Positions 38,083 through 49,570 of a stretch of DNA of 64,000 nt are shown here, piece by piece (within the stretch, counting starts at the first letter, position 1; every line of letters starts with the position of its first letter). Source of the DNA: an uncultured Candidatus Binatia bacterium (GTDB lineage Bacteria; Desulfobacterota; Binatia; UBA9968; JAJDTQ01); contig OZ219754.1 of NCBI GenBank assembly GCA_964291295.2, positions 2,624,001 through 2,688,000 on the forward strand, read 5' to 3'. Position numbers and translations under genes: made by a program. The notes beneath the pieces were generated by a model, which made no database searches, was not told the origin of the DNA, and saw only the letters and a list, made by a program, of their open reading frames with translations.

Positions 38083-40377
38083 TCAACTCCCGTTCTGCTG
38101 TCGTTTCTTCTCCTGGATGGCGCGTCGCACCTTTTCCGCGGTGATGGGGAGTGTCGTGATGCGCACCCCCACGGCGTCGTGGATGGCGTTGCTGATGATG
38201 GCCGCCACCGGGTCCATGCCAAGCTCCCCCAGCCCCTTGGCCCCGAACGGGCCAGTGGGCTCGTAGGAGTCCGCGAACTCGTGCACCAGATCGGGCATGT
38301 CACGCATGGATGCCAGCCGGTAGTCGCTGAAGTTGGGGTTGACCGGGCGGCCCTCTTCCATGCGGATGCCTTCGATGAGCGCGTAGCCCAGCCCCTGGGC
38401 GATGGAACCCTCCACCTGGCCCTCGGCGCCGACGGGATAGATCACCGTGCCGCAGTCCGACGCCACCGCGTACTGGATTACCGTCACCTGGCCGGTATCG
38501 GGATCCACCTCCACCTCCGCCGCCTGGGCGCCGAAGTTGTAGGCGCCCGACTCGTTGCCGTAGCGCAGCGCGTCCTGGCTCACGGAGTCGGCGTCGAAGC
38601 TGCCCGAGGCCACCACCGGAGCGCCGCCGCGCCGGAACTGCCGTCCCCGCACCACGTCGGCCACGCTGATGGAGCGCTGCTCCGCCCCCTTGACGAAAAT
38701 GAAGCCGTCCCGCGACACCAGGTCGGAGGGGTCGGCCTCCAGCATCTCGGAGGCGGTATCCAGCAGGATCTTCCGCACGTTGCTGGCCGCGTTCTTGACC
38801 GCGTTGCCGGCCACATAGGTGAGACGGCTGGCGTAGTTGCCGAGACAGAAGGTGGTCAGGTCGGTGTCGGCGGCGGAAATCGCCACGTCGGAAAATGGGA
38901 TGCCCAACTCCTCGGCGGCGATCTGGCACATGGCGGTCCAGTGTCCCTGGCCGGTTTCGCCCTCGCCGCTCAGGATAAAGGCCTTGCCATCCTCGTTCAT
39001 CTTGATGGTGGCCGAACTGCCGTCGTAGTCGCCGAAGTGGCGCTTGCCGCTCACGTGCACGGTGCAGCCCATGCCCAGGCCGCGATTGGCCTTGGGGTTG
39101 GCGCGTTTCTCCTTCCACCCGATCATGCGTTCGGTGCGGTCGATGCACTGCTTGAGCTCGCAGCTTATGACCCGGTTGCCGTGGGGCGAGACGTAGCCCT
39201 CTTCGGCGGCGTTGAGGCGCGCCATCTCGAAGGGATCCATGCCCAGTTCGTCGGCGGCGATGTCCATCATCTGCTCCACGGCAAACTCCGCCGACGGGTT
39301 GCCGAAGCCGCGGAAGGCGCCGGTGGGGATCTTGTTGGTGTAGACCAGATAGGCCTCGGAGCGGACGTCCGAGTATTTGTAACAGGTGTCGTGGCGCAGC
39401 GCCGCCACCCCGGTGATGGCCGGCGCCTTGCCGCTGTAGGCGCCGTTGTCGGCGATGACGCGCATGTGTTTGGCGCGGATCCGGCCGTCGCTCTTGAAGC
39501 CCATGCGCACCCACACCTTCATGTTCACCCGCGGTCGGCTGCCGGCAAGGAACTCTTCCTCCCGGGTGTTGATGATCTTCACCGGACGGCGTGCCTTGCG
39601 CGCCAGGATGGCGGCGACCATGGCGTTGTTGTCGTCACAGGACTTGCCGCCGAAGCCGCCGCCCACCGCCGTCTGAATGACGCGCACGTCGGCCTCCCGC
39701 ACTCCCAGGGCGGTGGCGAGGCGCATGCGGGCCATGAACAGCGTCTGGGTGTTCATGTACACCGTGTACTTTCCGCTGGCCGAGCATTCGGCGACGCTGC
39801 CGATGGTCTCGATGGCCGAGTGCCACTGGGGCACGCTCTCGAAGTTGTCCTCGATGACCAGGTCGGAGTCCCTGAAGGCGGCGTCGATGTCGCCCCGTTC
39901 CACGTCGATGGTGAGCGCGATGTTGCTCCCCTTCTCTTCGTGGATCAGGGGCGCGCCGTCCCGCATGGCCTCGGCGGCGTCGAACACCCCAGGCAACTCC
40001 TCCCAGTCCACGTCGATCAACTCCAGCGCCTGCTCCGCGGTGTCGCGGTCGATGGCCGCCACCGCCGCCACCTCCTCGCCCACATAGCGGGCCTTGCCCA
40101 CGGACAGCGGGTACTGGTCGGGGAAGAAGACACCCCAGCCTTTCTTGATGGTGTCTTCCGCGGTGACCACCGCCTTGACGCCGCGCAGCTTCTCCGCCCG
40201 GCTGGTGTCTATGTGGCGGATGCGGGCGTGGGGCAGGGGACTCCTGAGAATCCGGCCGGTCAACATACCGGGCAGAAAGACGTCAGCCACGTAGGCCGCG
40301 CTGCCCGTTACCTTGTCGTGCCCCTCGAAACGGTCGACATTCCGGCCCAGTACCGTGAATTTCTCTGCCTTGCTCAT
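38083..40377 (-). CDS. xanthine dehydrogenase-family molybdopterin-binding large subunit
   Basis: KVTGSAAYVAD, GGGFGGK, AFRGFG, GQVEGSIAQGLG, GAKGLGE. Confidence 0.9.
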   Translation of the reverse strand: MSKAEKFTVLGRNVDRFEGHDKVTGSAAYVADVFLPGMLTGRILRSPLPHARIRHIDTSRAEKLRGVKAVVTAEDTIKKGWGVFFPDQYPLSVGKARYVGEEVAAVAAIDRDTAEQALELIDVDWEELPGVFDAAEAMRDGAPLIHEEKGSNIALTIDVERGDIDAAFRDSDLVIEDNFESVPQWHSAIETIGSVAECSASGKYTVYMNTQTLFMARMRLATALGVREADVRVIQTAVGGGFGGKSCDDNNAMVAAILARKARRPVKIINTREEEFLAGSRPRVNMKVWVRMGFKSDGRIRAKHMRVIADNGAYSGKAPAITGVAALRHDTCYKYSDVRSEAYLVYTNKIPTGAFRGFGNPSAEFAVEQMMDIAADELGMDPFEMARLNAAEEGYVSPHGNRVISCELKQCIDRTERMIGWKEKRANPKANRGLGMGCTVHVSGKRHFGDYDGSSATIKMNEDGKAFILSGEGETGQGHWTAMCQIAAEELGIPFSDVAISAADTDLTTFCLGNYASRLTYVAGNAVKNAASNVRKILLDTASEMLEADPSDLVSRDGFIFVKGAEQRSISVADVVRGRQFRRGGAPVVASGSFDADSVSQDALRYGNESGAYNFGAQAAEVEVDPDTGQVTVIQYAVASDCGTVIYPVGAEGQVEGSIAQGLGYALIEGIRMEEGRPVNPNFSDYRLASMRDMPDLVHEFADSYEPTGPFGAKGLGELGMDPVAAIISNAIHDAVGVRITTLPITAEKVRRAIQEKKRQQNGS

Positions 40378-40435
40378 GTCGCTCCCAAGGCCGCGGCGGC
40401 GGGATGACGGCCGCGGCGGTGTCCGGCCGAGTGCG

Positions 40436-40990
40436 CTAGTCGGATGCGCTGCTCTTGTAGGTGTCGGACTGATAGAGGCTCTGAATCCTGGCTTGACGTA
40501 CCGAGCCGTCGTCCCGGTCGCGCTCCACCCTGCCTTCCACCACGGCCATGACCGATTCGAGGATCTTGTAGTAGCCGGTGCAGCGGCACAGATTGGCCGA
40601 CATCCACTCCTTGACCTCGCTGGTGGTCGGGTGTGGATTCCGGTCCAGCAAAGCCTTGGCGGCCATGATCTGACCCGGGGTGCAGATGCCGCACTGAAAG
40701 CCGCCGTACTGCACGAACGCCCGCTGGAGCGGATGCAACTCGCCCTCCGGGGCCAGCCCCTCAATGGTCTCGATCTCCTTGCCTTCGCAGGTGACGGCCA
40801 GCGTCAGGCACGCGCTCACCAGGCGGCCGTCCACGATCACGCTGCACGCCCCGCACACGCCGATGCTGCAACCTTCCTTGGTGCCGGTGAGGCCGGCATC
40901 TTCGCGCAAGGCCTCCAGCAGCAGGCGGTCGGGCTCGACCTCGATATCGTGCTCCTCGCCGTTGACGTTCAGTACCAGTTGTCTCTTCAT
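40436..40990 (-). CDS. Mo-hydroxylase 2x[2Fe-2S] small subunit (CoxS-like)
   Basis: GTKEGCSIGVCGACSV, QCGICTPG, NLCRCTGY. Confidence 0.92.
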   Translation of the reverse strand: MKRQLVLNVNGEEHDIEVEPDRLLLEALREDAGLTGTKEGCSIGVCGACSVIVDGRLVSACLTLAVTCEGKEIETIEGLAPEGELHPLQRAFVQYGGFQCGICTPGQIMAAKALLDRNPHPTTSEVKEWMSANLCRCTGYYKILESVMAVVEGRVERDRDDGSVRQARIQSLYQSDTYKSSASD

Positions 40991-41009
40991 TGCCGGCATC
41001 ACCTCACCG

Positions 41010-42665
41010 TCAGACCGCGCGGCCGGAATGGGTCTTGCCCCATTCCAGACGCATGGACTTCAACGTCTGTCCCTCGCCCACGCTGACTCGCGTGCCCTTG
41101 AGTTTCTCGCCCACCTTTTCGTACTCGCCCTCGGTGGCCAGCCGCGCCTCCTCGTCCAGTTCGTCGGGCCAGAGCCCCATGAGGTAGCCGTGCCACGGCT
41201 CCTTGAGCTGGAGCTCGGGCAGGCCGAGCTCCTGCCAGATTTCGATGGCCCGATCCATGTAGGGCTTCCTGGGCAGCGACAGAGGCGGCAGGTCGGCCTT
41301 GCGCGTGGCGTCGATCAGCAATGCCGAGTCGGTGCTGTCGTAACGGCTGGAGGGATGGCTTGCCACCATGCCGATGGGCGTGGCGCCGAAGGGCCGGTCG
41401 GGCACGATGACGACGTCCCGGTGCGGCTGGCACCGGTGCGTGATGGCCCAGGTCACCGCCACCGGATCATTGACATTGATGTCCTCGTCCACCGCGACCA
41501 CGAGCTTGCCGACCCGGTCGCCGTACTGCAGCACGGCGTCCATGACCCGCCGGGGCTCGTCGTCGTCCTCCTTTTTCATCCGCACCGCGACGTAGGGCCT
41601 CAGATTCACCAGCTCTTCCATCATGTAGACTTCCTTCACCGACGCGAAGCCCTTGCGGTTCAGGTAGCGGTGCACCAGGGTGCTCATGCCCATGGCCTTG
41701 ATCTTGGAACTCTCGCTGGGGGTGACCTGACTGATGATGGAGACCCAGATGGGGTCCTTCCGGTGCATGACGCAGGTGAGCTCCATCACCGGCCCGATGG
41801 TCCGGGGGTCGACATAGCCCATGGATTCGGCGAAGGGTCCTTCCTCTTCCAGGTAGTTCGTGGGAATGATGCCTTCGAACACCACTTCGGCCGTGGCCGG
41901 CACCTCCAGATTCACGGTCTGGCACTTCACGAGCCGGACCGGTGCCCGGGCCAGCCCTCCGGCCAGGGCCAGTTCGTCCATGTCCGGGGGCACTTTCTGG
42001 GTCGCCGTATACGAGGCCGCCGGCACCGTGCCCACGGCGATGGCCACCTCCAGGGGGATGCCCCGCTCCCGGCACTTCTCCCAGTGGCGCGACAGATCCT
42101 GGGGCGTGCCCGAGTTGGCCCCGCACCGGAGCGGCGACTTGATCAGTCCGCGGTAGTTGCCGACATTGCGCGCGCCGGTTTCCGGATCCCTGGTGATCCA
42201 GTGGCCTGCGGTGATGTAGGGTCCGTTGTCGAATCCCGGGGTGGAGATGGGAATCGGAAACCGGGCGAAGCCGCCGCTGGCGGCAAGGGCGTCGCCCTTG
42301 TGGATCACCTCCATGACCGGACCGTGGGGGACGAGTTCCGGCGGGATCGGCTGTTCCATGGCCTCCACCCACCGGTCCGCAACCTCGTCGGGGCGGCACT
42401 GAAGTCCGAGGCAGTAGATGTCGGTGGAGCCGGAGAGTCCTCCCACCAGCACCGAGCCGTCGTAGCGGTGGCCCTTGGAATCGGTCACGTTCTCGAACAG
42501 GAACGCCTTGCGGTCCTGATCCTCAAGCCCCCGGAACTGCAGCCGCACCAGCGGCTGCAACTCCGTGTCCTTGTTGATTTTCCGCCGGATGCGGCGGAGC
42601 TTGCCAGCCTCCTCGAGCACGGCCAGGAACTGGCGAAGGTCATCGTAGGGTGGTTGCTTGTCCAT
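41010..42665 (-). CDS. UbiD-family (de)carboxylase
   Basis: YDDLRQFL, RNVGNYR, EEGPFAESMGY, AVDEDINV.D...VTWAITHR.QP, LLIDATRK. Confidence 0.88.
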   Translation of the reverse strand: MDKQPPYDDLRQFLAVLEEAGKLRRIRRKINKDTELQPLVRLQFRGLEDQDRKAFLFENVTDSKGHRYDGSVLVGGLSGSTDIYCLGLQCRPDEVADRWVEAMEQPIPPELVPHGPVMEVIHKGDALAASGGFARFPIPISTPGFDNGPYITAGHWITRDPETGARNVGNYRGLIKSPLRCGANSGTPQDLSRHWEKCRERGIPLEVAIAVGTVPAASYTATQKVPPDMDELALAGGLARAPVRLVKCQTVNLEVPATAEVVFEGIIPTNYLEEEGPFAESMGYVDPRTIGPVMELTCVMHRKDPIWVSIISQVTPSESSKIKAMGMSTLVHRYLNRKGFASVKEVYMMEELVNLRPYVAVRMKKEDDDEPRRVMDAVLQYGDRVGKLVVAVDEDINVNDPVAVTWAITHRCQPHRDVVIVPDRPFGATPIGMVASHPSSRYDSTDSALLIDATRKADLPPLSLPRKPYMDRAIEIWQELGLPELQLKEPWHGYLMGLWPDELDEEARLATEGEYEKVGEKLKGTRVSVGEGQTLKSMRLEWGKTHSGRAV

Positions 42666-42775
42666 GGAGCCAGTGTGTATGCGTTTTGTCCCGTTTGCGC
42701 AACTCCTTGGCTCGGGCAAGCTCCGCCAGGGCCCGCAATTTGCAAATCCTCCCGCGTGGCGTAAGATGAAAGCGC

Positions 42776-44191
<1,416 letters not shown>

Positions 44192-44192
44192 C

Positions 44193-45572
44193 ATGATGTT
44201 TCTGCGGAACCGGTTCACGGGCATCGCGTTGATCGTTGTCCTGGCAGTGGGCGGGCTGTTCGTCTTCCGACAGTTCGAATGGTACCCGCCACGGATACAG
44301 GTCGACCTGGAACGGGCCGTCCTGGGGCGGCGTCCGTTCGTGGTCAGGGTGGACGATCGGGGCAAGGGGCTGACCCACGTCTCGGTGGCCCTGGTGGCGA
44401 ACGGCGAATCCCGCCCCATCCATTTCAGGGAGTTCGAGCCTTCGCGAGCGTTGGCGGAGATTCCGGTGCGCCTGGATCCGGAGCGGCACGAGTTGAAGGA
44501 CGGCGCCGCGGTCTTGACCATCACGGCACTCGACCGCTCTTACTGGGGCTTCTTCAGGGGCAACAAGGCCACTTTCGAGAAGACCGTGGAGATGGACTTC
44601 AGCCCTCCCGTGGTGGAGGTGGTCTCCGGGGACCGCTACGTTACTCAGGGCGGCTCCGGCCTGGTGGCTTACCGGACCTCCCCGGACACGGAACGAAGCG
44701 GGGTCCGGATCGGGCGTTACTCTTTCCGCGGCTACCGGGGGCATCTGCCGGACCGTGACGTGGCGGTGGCGTTCTTCTCCCACCCATACGACGTTCCAGC
44801 CAGCGAACGGGCCGTGATCTTCGCGCAGGATCATGCGGGCAACGAGCGGGAGTCGATGCTCGTGTACGACGTGAGGCCGCTCCGGTTTCGCCGGGTCAAG
44901 ATGCGGGTGTCCGATGATTTCATCCAGCGCAAGATCGCCCCGCTGGCGGCCCGGATCGGGGACCCCGGCGGGACCGCCCGGGAGCGTTTCCTCAAGGTCA
45001 ACCGCAATCTGCGCCGGGACAACGAGGAGACCGTCCACAAGGCCTGCCGGGCTTCGGCGACGAAGAAGCTGTGGGACGGCCGTTTCGTGCAGCTCGCCAA
45101 TTCTGCGGTTCAGGCCAACTTCGCGGACCATCGCTCCTATTACTACCGGGGCCGGAAGATCGACGAGTCGTGGCATCTGGGCTACGACCTGGCGGTGACC
45201 CGGCGTTACCCGGTGGGAGCGGCCAACAGCGGCACGGTGAAGTTTGCGGGGGAACTGGGCATCTATGGCAATACCGTCATCATCGACCACGGTCTCGGCC
45301 TGTGTACGCTGTACTCCCACCTGAGTTCGGTTGCGGTGGCGCCGGGTGATACCGTCCTGAAGGGCGCGCGGATCGGCCGCACCGGCGAGACGGGCCTGGC
45401 CCTCGGCGACCATCTCCACTATGGCGTCTATATCCAGGGCGTGGCCGTGCTGCCCCTGGAATGGTGGGATGCCAAGTGGATCCGGGACAACGTCAGCGAC
45501 AAGCTGGATGGCCTGAAAAGCGGCGCGGAGCCGTCGTCGGACGCACCGCCGCCTCATGCCTCCGCCGATTGA
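44193..45572 (+). CDS. M23 family metallopeptidase
   Basis: N-terminal TM; HLGYD, YSHL and HLHYG Zn motifs. Confidence 0.88.
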   Translation: MMFLRNRFTGIALIVVLAVGGLFVFRQFEWYPPRIQVDLERAVLGRRPFVVRVDDRGKGLTHVSVALVANGESRPIHFREFEPSRALAEIPVRLDPERHELKDGAAVLTITALDRSYWGFFRGNKATFEKTVEMDFSPPVVEVVSGDRYVTQGGSGLVAYRTSPDTERSGVRIGRYSFRGYRGHLPDRDVAVAFFSHPYDVPASERAVIFAQDHAGNERESMLVYDVRPLRFRRVKMRVSDDFIQRKIAPLAARIGDPGGTARERFLKVNRNLRRDNEETVHKACRASATKKLWDGRFVQLANSAVQANFADHRSYYYRGRKIDESWHLGYDLAVTRRYPVGAANSGTVKFAGELGIYGNTVIIDHGLGLCTLYSHLSSVAVAPGDTVLKGARIGRTGETGLALGDHLHYGVYIQGVAVLPLEWWDAKWIRDNVSDKLDGLKSGAEPSSDAPPPHASAD

Positions 45573-45574
45573 GC

Positions 45575-46012
45575 ATGGCGGTTCGCGTGGTGGCGGGGAT
45601 CCTGTCCAGGAACGGCCGGTTCCTCGTCGGCCAGCGCCGCGGCGGCGGCGCATTTCCGTACAAGTGGGAGTTCCCCGGTGGCAAGGTCGAGCCCGGCGAG
45701 GGCCGCGGTGGAGCGCTGGCCAGGGAGTTCCTGGAGGAGTTGGACATCTCGGTGAAGACGGCCCGGGAGGTTTTCCGGCACGTACACGTCTATGCCGGCG
45801 GAAACCGGGTGGAGTTGACATTCTTCGAGGTGACGGCCTGCGCGGGTGAGCCGCGGAACCGGGTCTTCCGGCGCATCGCGTGGGTGGAGGCGGAAGCGCT
45901 CGCGGAACTCGATTTTCTCGAAGGCGATCTGCCGCTGGTCCGGGAGCTTCGGAACGGCGGTCTGGAGGGGCTGCCCGAACGGTTGCGGCGACGGAAGGGA
46001 GTGTCGACATGA
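45575..46012 (+). CDS. MutT-like Nudix hydrolase
   Basis: WEFPGGKVEPGE....LAREFLEEL Nudix box. Confidence 0.85.
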   Translation: MAVRVVAGILSRNGRFLVGQRRGGGAFPYKWEFPGGKVEPGEGRGGALAREFLEELDISVKTAREVFRHVHVYAGGNRVELTFFEVTACAGEPRNRVFRRIAWVEAEALAELDFLEGDLPLVRELRNGGLEGLPERLRRRKGVST

Positions 46013-47097
46013 TCCTGGTACTGCGTCCGGAAGACATCGACGGGTTGATCACCATGAAGGAGGCCATCGGGCTGGTTCGGGACGGTTTCGCCCAGTGGCA
46101 GCGGAACCCCGATGTCAGCGTGGTGCGGCACCGCACCCACATGCCCTCCAACGTGCGCGTCAGCGTGCACCAGGGCGGGCTGCCGCAGGTCGGCGTCACC
46201 GGTCTCATGACCCATTGCGAGTGGACCACGAATCCGGTTCACGGAGAGCATTCCATCGAGGCCTTTCCGGTGCGCGGGCGGCCGACCCAGGTGCTGTTCG
46301 ACGCCGAGACCGGCGAGTTGCGCTGCATTGTCATCGGCGAGCCGAAACCCCGGGAGCTGTCCCTGAGCGGCGTGTCCGCATTGCGCACGGCGGCCAACAG
46401 CGCGGTGGGCACGGACGTGATGGCCCGGGCCGACGCCACCACGGTGGGCATGCTGGGGTCGCGGAACCAGGCCAGGTACCATCTGCTCGCACTCAAGGAG
46501 ATTCGCGATCTGACCCGCGTCAAGGTCTTCAGCCCGAATCCGGCGCACCGGAAGGAGTTCGCCGACGAGATGGGCGACCTGACCGGGCTGGACATCCGTC
46601 CGGCGGACAGCGCCAGGGAGGCGGTTCACGGCGCCGACATCGTGGTGGCCGCCACCAGTTCGAATATTCCGGTGCTGGACGGCAACTGGCTGGAACCCGG
46701 CGTTCACCTGACCTCCATCGTGGTGAGCAACATCGGCCTCAAGCGCGGCGGCTTCGTCCCGAAGATGCGCCAGGAACTGGACGACGAGAGCATGCGGCGG
46801 GCCGATGTCATCGGCGTCAACTCCCGCGAGACGCTGCGGGTGGACCAGCCCGGGGACTTCATGGAACGGCTGGAGAACGGCATCCTGTCCTGGGACCGGA
46901 TCGTCGAGGTGGGCGAGATCCTGAACGGTACCCGAGCGGGGCGCACGGACGCGAACCAGATCACGCTTTTCAAGAATACCGGCGGCGTGGGAGTATCCGA
47001 CGTGGCCATCGGCGGCAGGCTTTATGAACTGGCCCGTGAGAAGGGATTGGGCATCGAACTGCCCATCGACGGCGCTGAAGCGCGAGAGCCGCTGTAG
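46009..47097 (+). CDS. ornithine cyclodeaminase/mu-crystallin family protein
   Basis: LFDAETG, LRTAANSA, QITLFKNTGG.G..DVA. Confidence 0.85.
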   Translation: MILVLRPEDIDGLITMKEAIGLVRDGFAQWQRNPDVSVVRHRTHMPSNVRVSVHQGGLPQVGVTGLMTHCEWTTNPVHGEHSIEAFPVRGRPTQVLFDAETGELRCIVIGEPKPRELSLSGVSALRTAANSAVGTDVMARADATTVGMLGSRNQARYHLLALKEIRDLTRVKVFSPNPAHRKEFADEMGDLTGLDIRPADSAREAVHGADIVVAATSSNIPVLDGNWLEPGVHLTSIVVSNIGLKRGGFVPKMRQELDDESMRRADVIGVNSRETLRVDQPGDFMERLENGILSWDRIVEVGEILNGTRAGRTDANQITLFKNTGGVGVSDVAIGGRLYELAREKGLGIELPIDGAEAREPL

Positions 47098-47121
47098 GCG
47101 GCGCGGCAGGAGCAGGTTGCC

Positions 47122-48225
47122 ATGACCCTTATCCTGAACAACGACGACGTCCGGCAGGTACTGACCATGGAGACCACCATGGCCGCCCTGGAGAAGGCGT
47201 ATGTCGAGTTGGTGGAACAGGAAGCCGTGTGCCGGCCGCGTATCGACCTGCAGGTGCCGACTCCGGATCCGGAGAAGGTGTATCAGTGGGGCACCATGGA
47301 GGGAGGCTCCACCTCCGGGTATTTCGCCATTCGCATGAAGTCGGACGTGATCTACGAGCAGGAATACGGCGGCGCCGTCACCCAGGAGAAGTACTGTGTG
47401 CGGCCGGGGCGCTTCTGCGGTCTGATCCTGCTCACCAGCATCCACAACGGCGAGCCGCTGGCGCTGCTGAACGACGGCCATCTCCAGCACATGCGGGTCG
47501 GTGCCGACTCCGGCCTGGGCGTCAAGTACATGGCCAGGGAGGACGCCGAAGTGGTGGGCATGATCGGCTCGGGCGGCATGGCCCGCTCGCACATGGAAGC
47601 GTTCATGCAGGTGCGGCGCATCCGACGGGTCCAGGTGTACAGCCCCACCCGGGCGAACCGCGAGCAGTACGCCAGGGAGATGACCGAACGGTTCGACGTG
47701 GAGGCGGTGCCGCTGAGCGATCCCGGCGCCGTCTACCGGGGAGCCGACATCGTCGCGGGCTGCACCGATTCCGCCGTGGACATCATCGCGGGAGCCAGGG
47801 TGGAGGCGGGTACGCATATCACCTCCATCGGCGGCCGTCCGGATGCCGAAACCTTCGAGCGTATCGACGTCTCCCTGCGGTTGGGCACGGCGCCCGCGCC
47901 CTGGGGGCTTGAGGAGTTCGGCCTGCCGGACGAGTACATCACCTACGCGGCCCGGCCGGAGGACGACGCCGGCTTCAGGATGAAGCGCAAGCGCCGCCGC
48001 GCCCACGGCGTGCAGGGCGGAGACGGCAACGTCATGTTGGCGGAGCTGCTTTCGGGCGCGCGCCCGGGCAGGACGTCGGCCGCGCAGATCACCTATTCGG
48101 AGCGGGGCAACGTGCAGGGCGCCCAGTTCTATTCGGTGGCCGGCAAGGTCTACGAGTTGGCCAGGGAGCGGGGCCTGGGCAAGGAGATTCCCACGGAATG
48201 GCTGCTCCAGGACATACGGGACTGA
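47122..48225 (+). CDS. ornithine cyclodeaminase/mu-crystallin family protein
   Basis: GEPLALL, MRVGADS, IGSGGMA, VYSPTRANRE. Confidence 0.85.
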   Translation: MTLILNNDDVRQVLTMETTMAALEKAYVELVEQEAVCRPRIDLQVPTPDPEKVYQWGTMEGGSTSGYFAIRMKSDVIYEQEYGGAVTQEKYCVRPGRFCGLILLTSIHNGEPLALLNDGHLQHMRVGADSGLGVKYMAREDAEVVGMIGSGGMARSHMEAFMQVRRIRRVQVYSPTRANREQYAREMTERFDVEAVPLSDPGAVYRGADIVAGCTDSAVDIIAGARVEAGTHITSIGGRPDAETFERIDVSLRLGTAPAPWGLEEFGLPDEYITYAARPEDDAGFRMKRKRRRAHGVQGGDGNVMLAELLSGARPGRTSAAQITYSERGNVQGAQFYSVAGKVYELARERGLGKEIPTEWLLQDIRD

Positions 48226-48396
48226 CCGAGGCGTTCCGAATACGAAAACGCCCCGGCACGAATCGGGCCGTTTCGCTCCGCCTGAACTTCGCCGGGGATC
48301 ATTGCCGCGCAGGGCCGGTGTCAGCCGGTTCGGGGGTACCCGGCCCATCGCTCGCGGGCCGGCCACGGGAAGCACGGGCCGGCAGGGAGCCCTGTC

Positions 48397-49497
48397 ATGC
48401 TGATTCTGAACAATGACGAGATCGAGACGCTGCTTTCCATGGATTCGTGCATCGAGGTGTTGCACAAGGCCTATTGTCAGCTTGCCGGCGGCGAGGCCGT
48501 GAACCGCCCGCGCACCGATCTCTACCTGCCCTTTCCCGAAACTTCGGGAGTGTACGCCTTCAAGTCCATGGAGGCAGGCCTCTTCGATCCCAGGGTGGTG
48601 GCCCTGCGCCTCAACTCCGACGTGATCCGGTGGGAGGACCGCGGCGGCCGCATCGTCAAGGAAAAGCTTCCCAAGGCTCCCGGGAACAAGTGGGTGGGAC
48701 TGGTGCTGCTGTTCTCCGCCGAGACCGGAGAGCCCCTGGCGATCTTTCCGGACGGCGTGATCCAGGCCTTTCGCGTGGCCGCCTCCAGCGCGCTGGCAGC
48801 CAGGCACATGGCGCGTCAGGATGTGACGCATCTCGGCATCTTCGGCTCGGGCTGGCAGGCTCGCGCCCATGTGGAGGCCTTTTGCAAGGTGCGCCGTTTC
48901 GAGAAGGTGGTGGTGTTCAGTCCCACCCGGGCAAATCGCGAGGCCTTCGCCCGGGAGATGGCGCCGCGGGTGGAGCTCCCCGTGGTACCGTGTGCGGAGG
49001 CTGCGCAGGTGGCGGCGCAGTGCCAGGTGCTGGTGGCCGCCACCAACGCCATCACGCGCGTGATCCCGCCGGAGTGGGTGAGGCCGGGGGTGCACGTCAC
49101 TTGCGTCAAGACCTCCGAGCTCGGCGATGAGACCATCGTGCGGGCCGACCGGGTGGTGATCCATGCACGCAAGATCGCACCGGAGAACTACATCGCCGGC
49201 ATGGGGGACGAGAAGGTGGAGGCCCACGATCCCATTCACTTCCTCACCACCACGGACAGGCAGGCGGCGGCGCGGCCCGAGCCCCCGCCCTGGATAGACG
49301 CTCCCGAGTTGAAGGATGTGGTGGCGGGGAAGCGGCCCGGCCGGACCCGGCCGGACGAGTCCACCTGTTTCGTCAACAACATCGGGCTCGGAATCCAGTT
49401 CGCAGCCGTTGGCAGCGCCGTCCATGAGGACGCGAAAGCCAAGGGGCTGGGGCGGGAGATCCCGACCGAATGGTTCCTGGAGTCGGTTCACCCGTAG
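48397..49497 (+). CDS. ornithine cyclodeaminase/mu-crystallin family protein
   Basis: LFSAETGEPLA, FRVAASSA, FGSGWQA, GLGIQFAAVG. Confidence 0.85.
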   Translation: MLILNNDEIETLLSMDSCIEVLHKAYCQLAGGEAVNRPRTDLYLPFPETSGVYAFKSMEAGLFDPRVVALRLNSDVIRWEDRGGRIVKEKLPKAPGNKWVGLVLLFSAETGEPLAIFPDGVIQAFRVAASSALAARHMARQDVTHLGIFGSGWQARAHVEAFCKVRRFEKVVVFSPTRANREAFAREMAPRVELPVVPCAEAAQVAAQCQVLVAATNAITRVIPPEWVRPGVHVTCVKTSELGDETIVRADRVVIHARKIAPENYIAGMGDEKVEAHDPIHFLTTTDRQAAARPEPPPWIDAPELKDVVAGKRPGRTRPDESTCFVNNIGLGIQFAAVGSAVHEDAKAKGLGREIPTEWFLESVHP

Positions 49498-49570
49498 GCG
49501 TCTGCCCGGACAGCGGCGGCCAAGGCAGGGGAGCTGACGCCCCCTCGGGGAGCTGCCGGAGCGCCGGCTG

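Noticed and set aside
37216-40990. Aerobic CO dehydrogenase or 4-hydroxybenzoyl-CoA reductase
   Set aside because: No AYxCSFR motif and no coxDEF genes; the FAD subunit lacks the HcrB [4Fe-4S] insertion. Left as a generic Mo-hydroxylase.
45790-49491. 1233-aa minus-strand ORF (and similar long ORFs such as 34318-37185, 37459-40407 and 4482-6905)
   Set aside because: Antisense shadows of real high-GC genes; no recognisable motifs.
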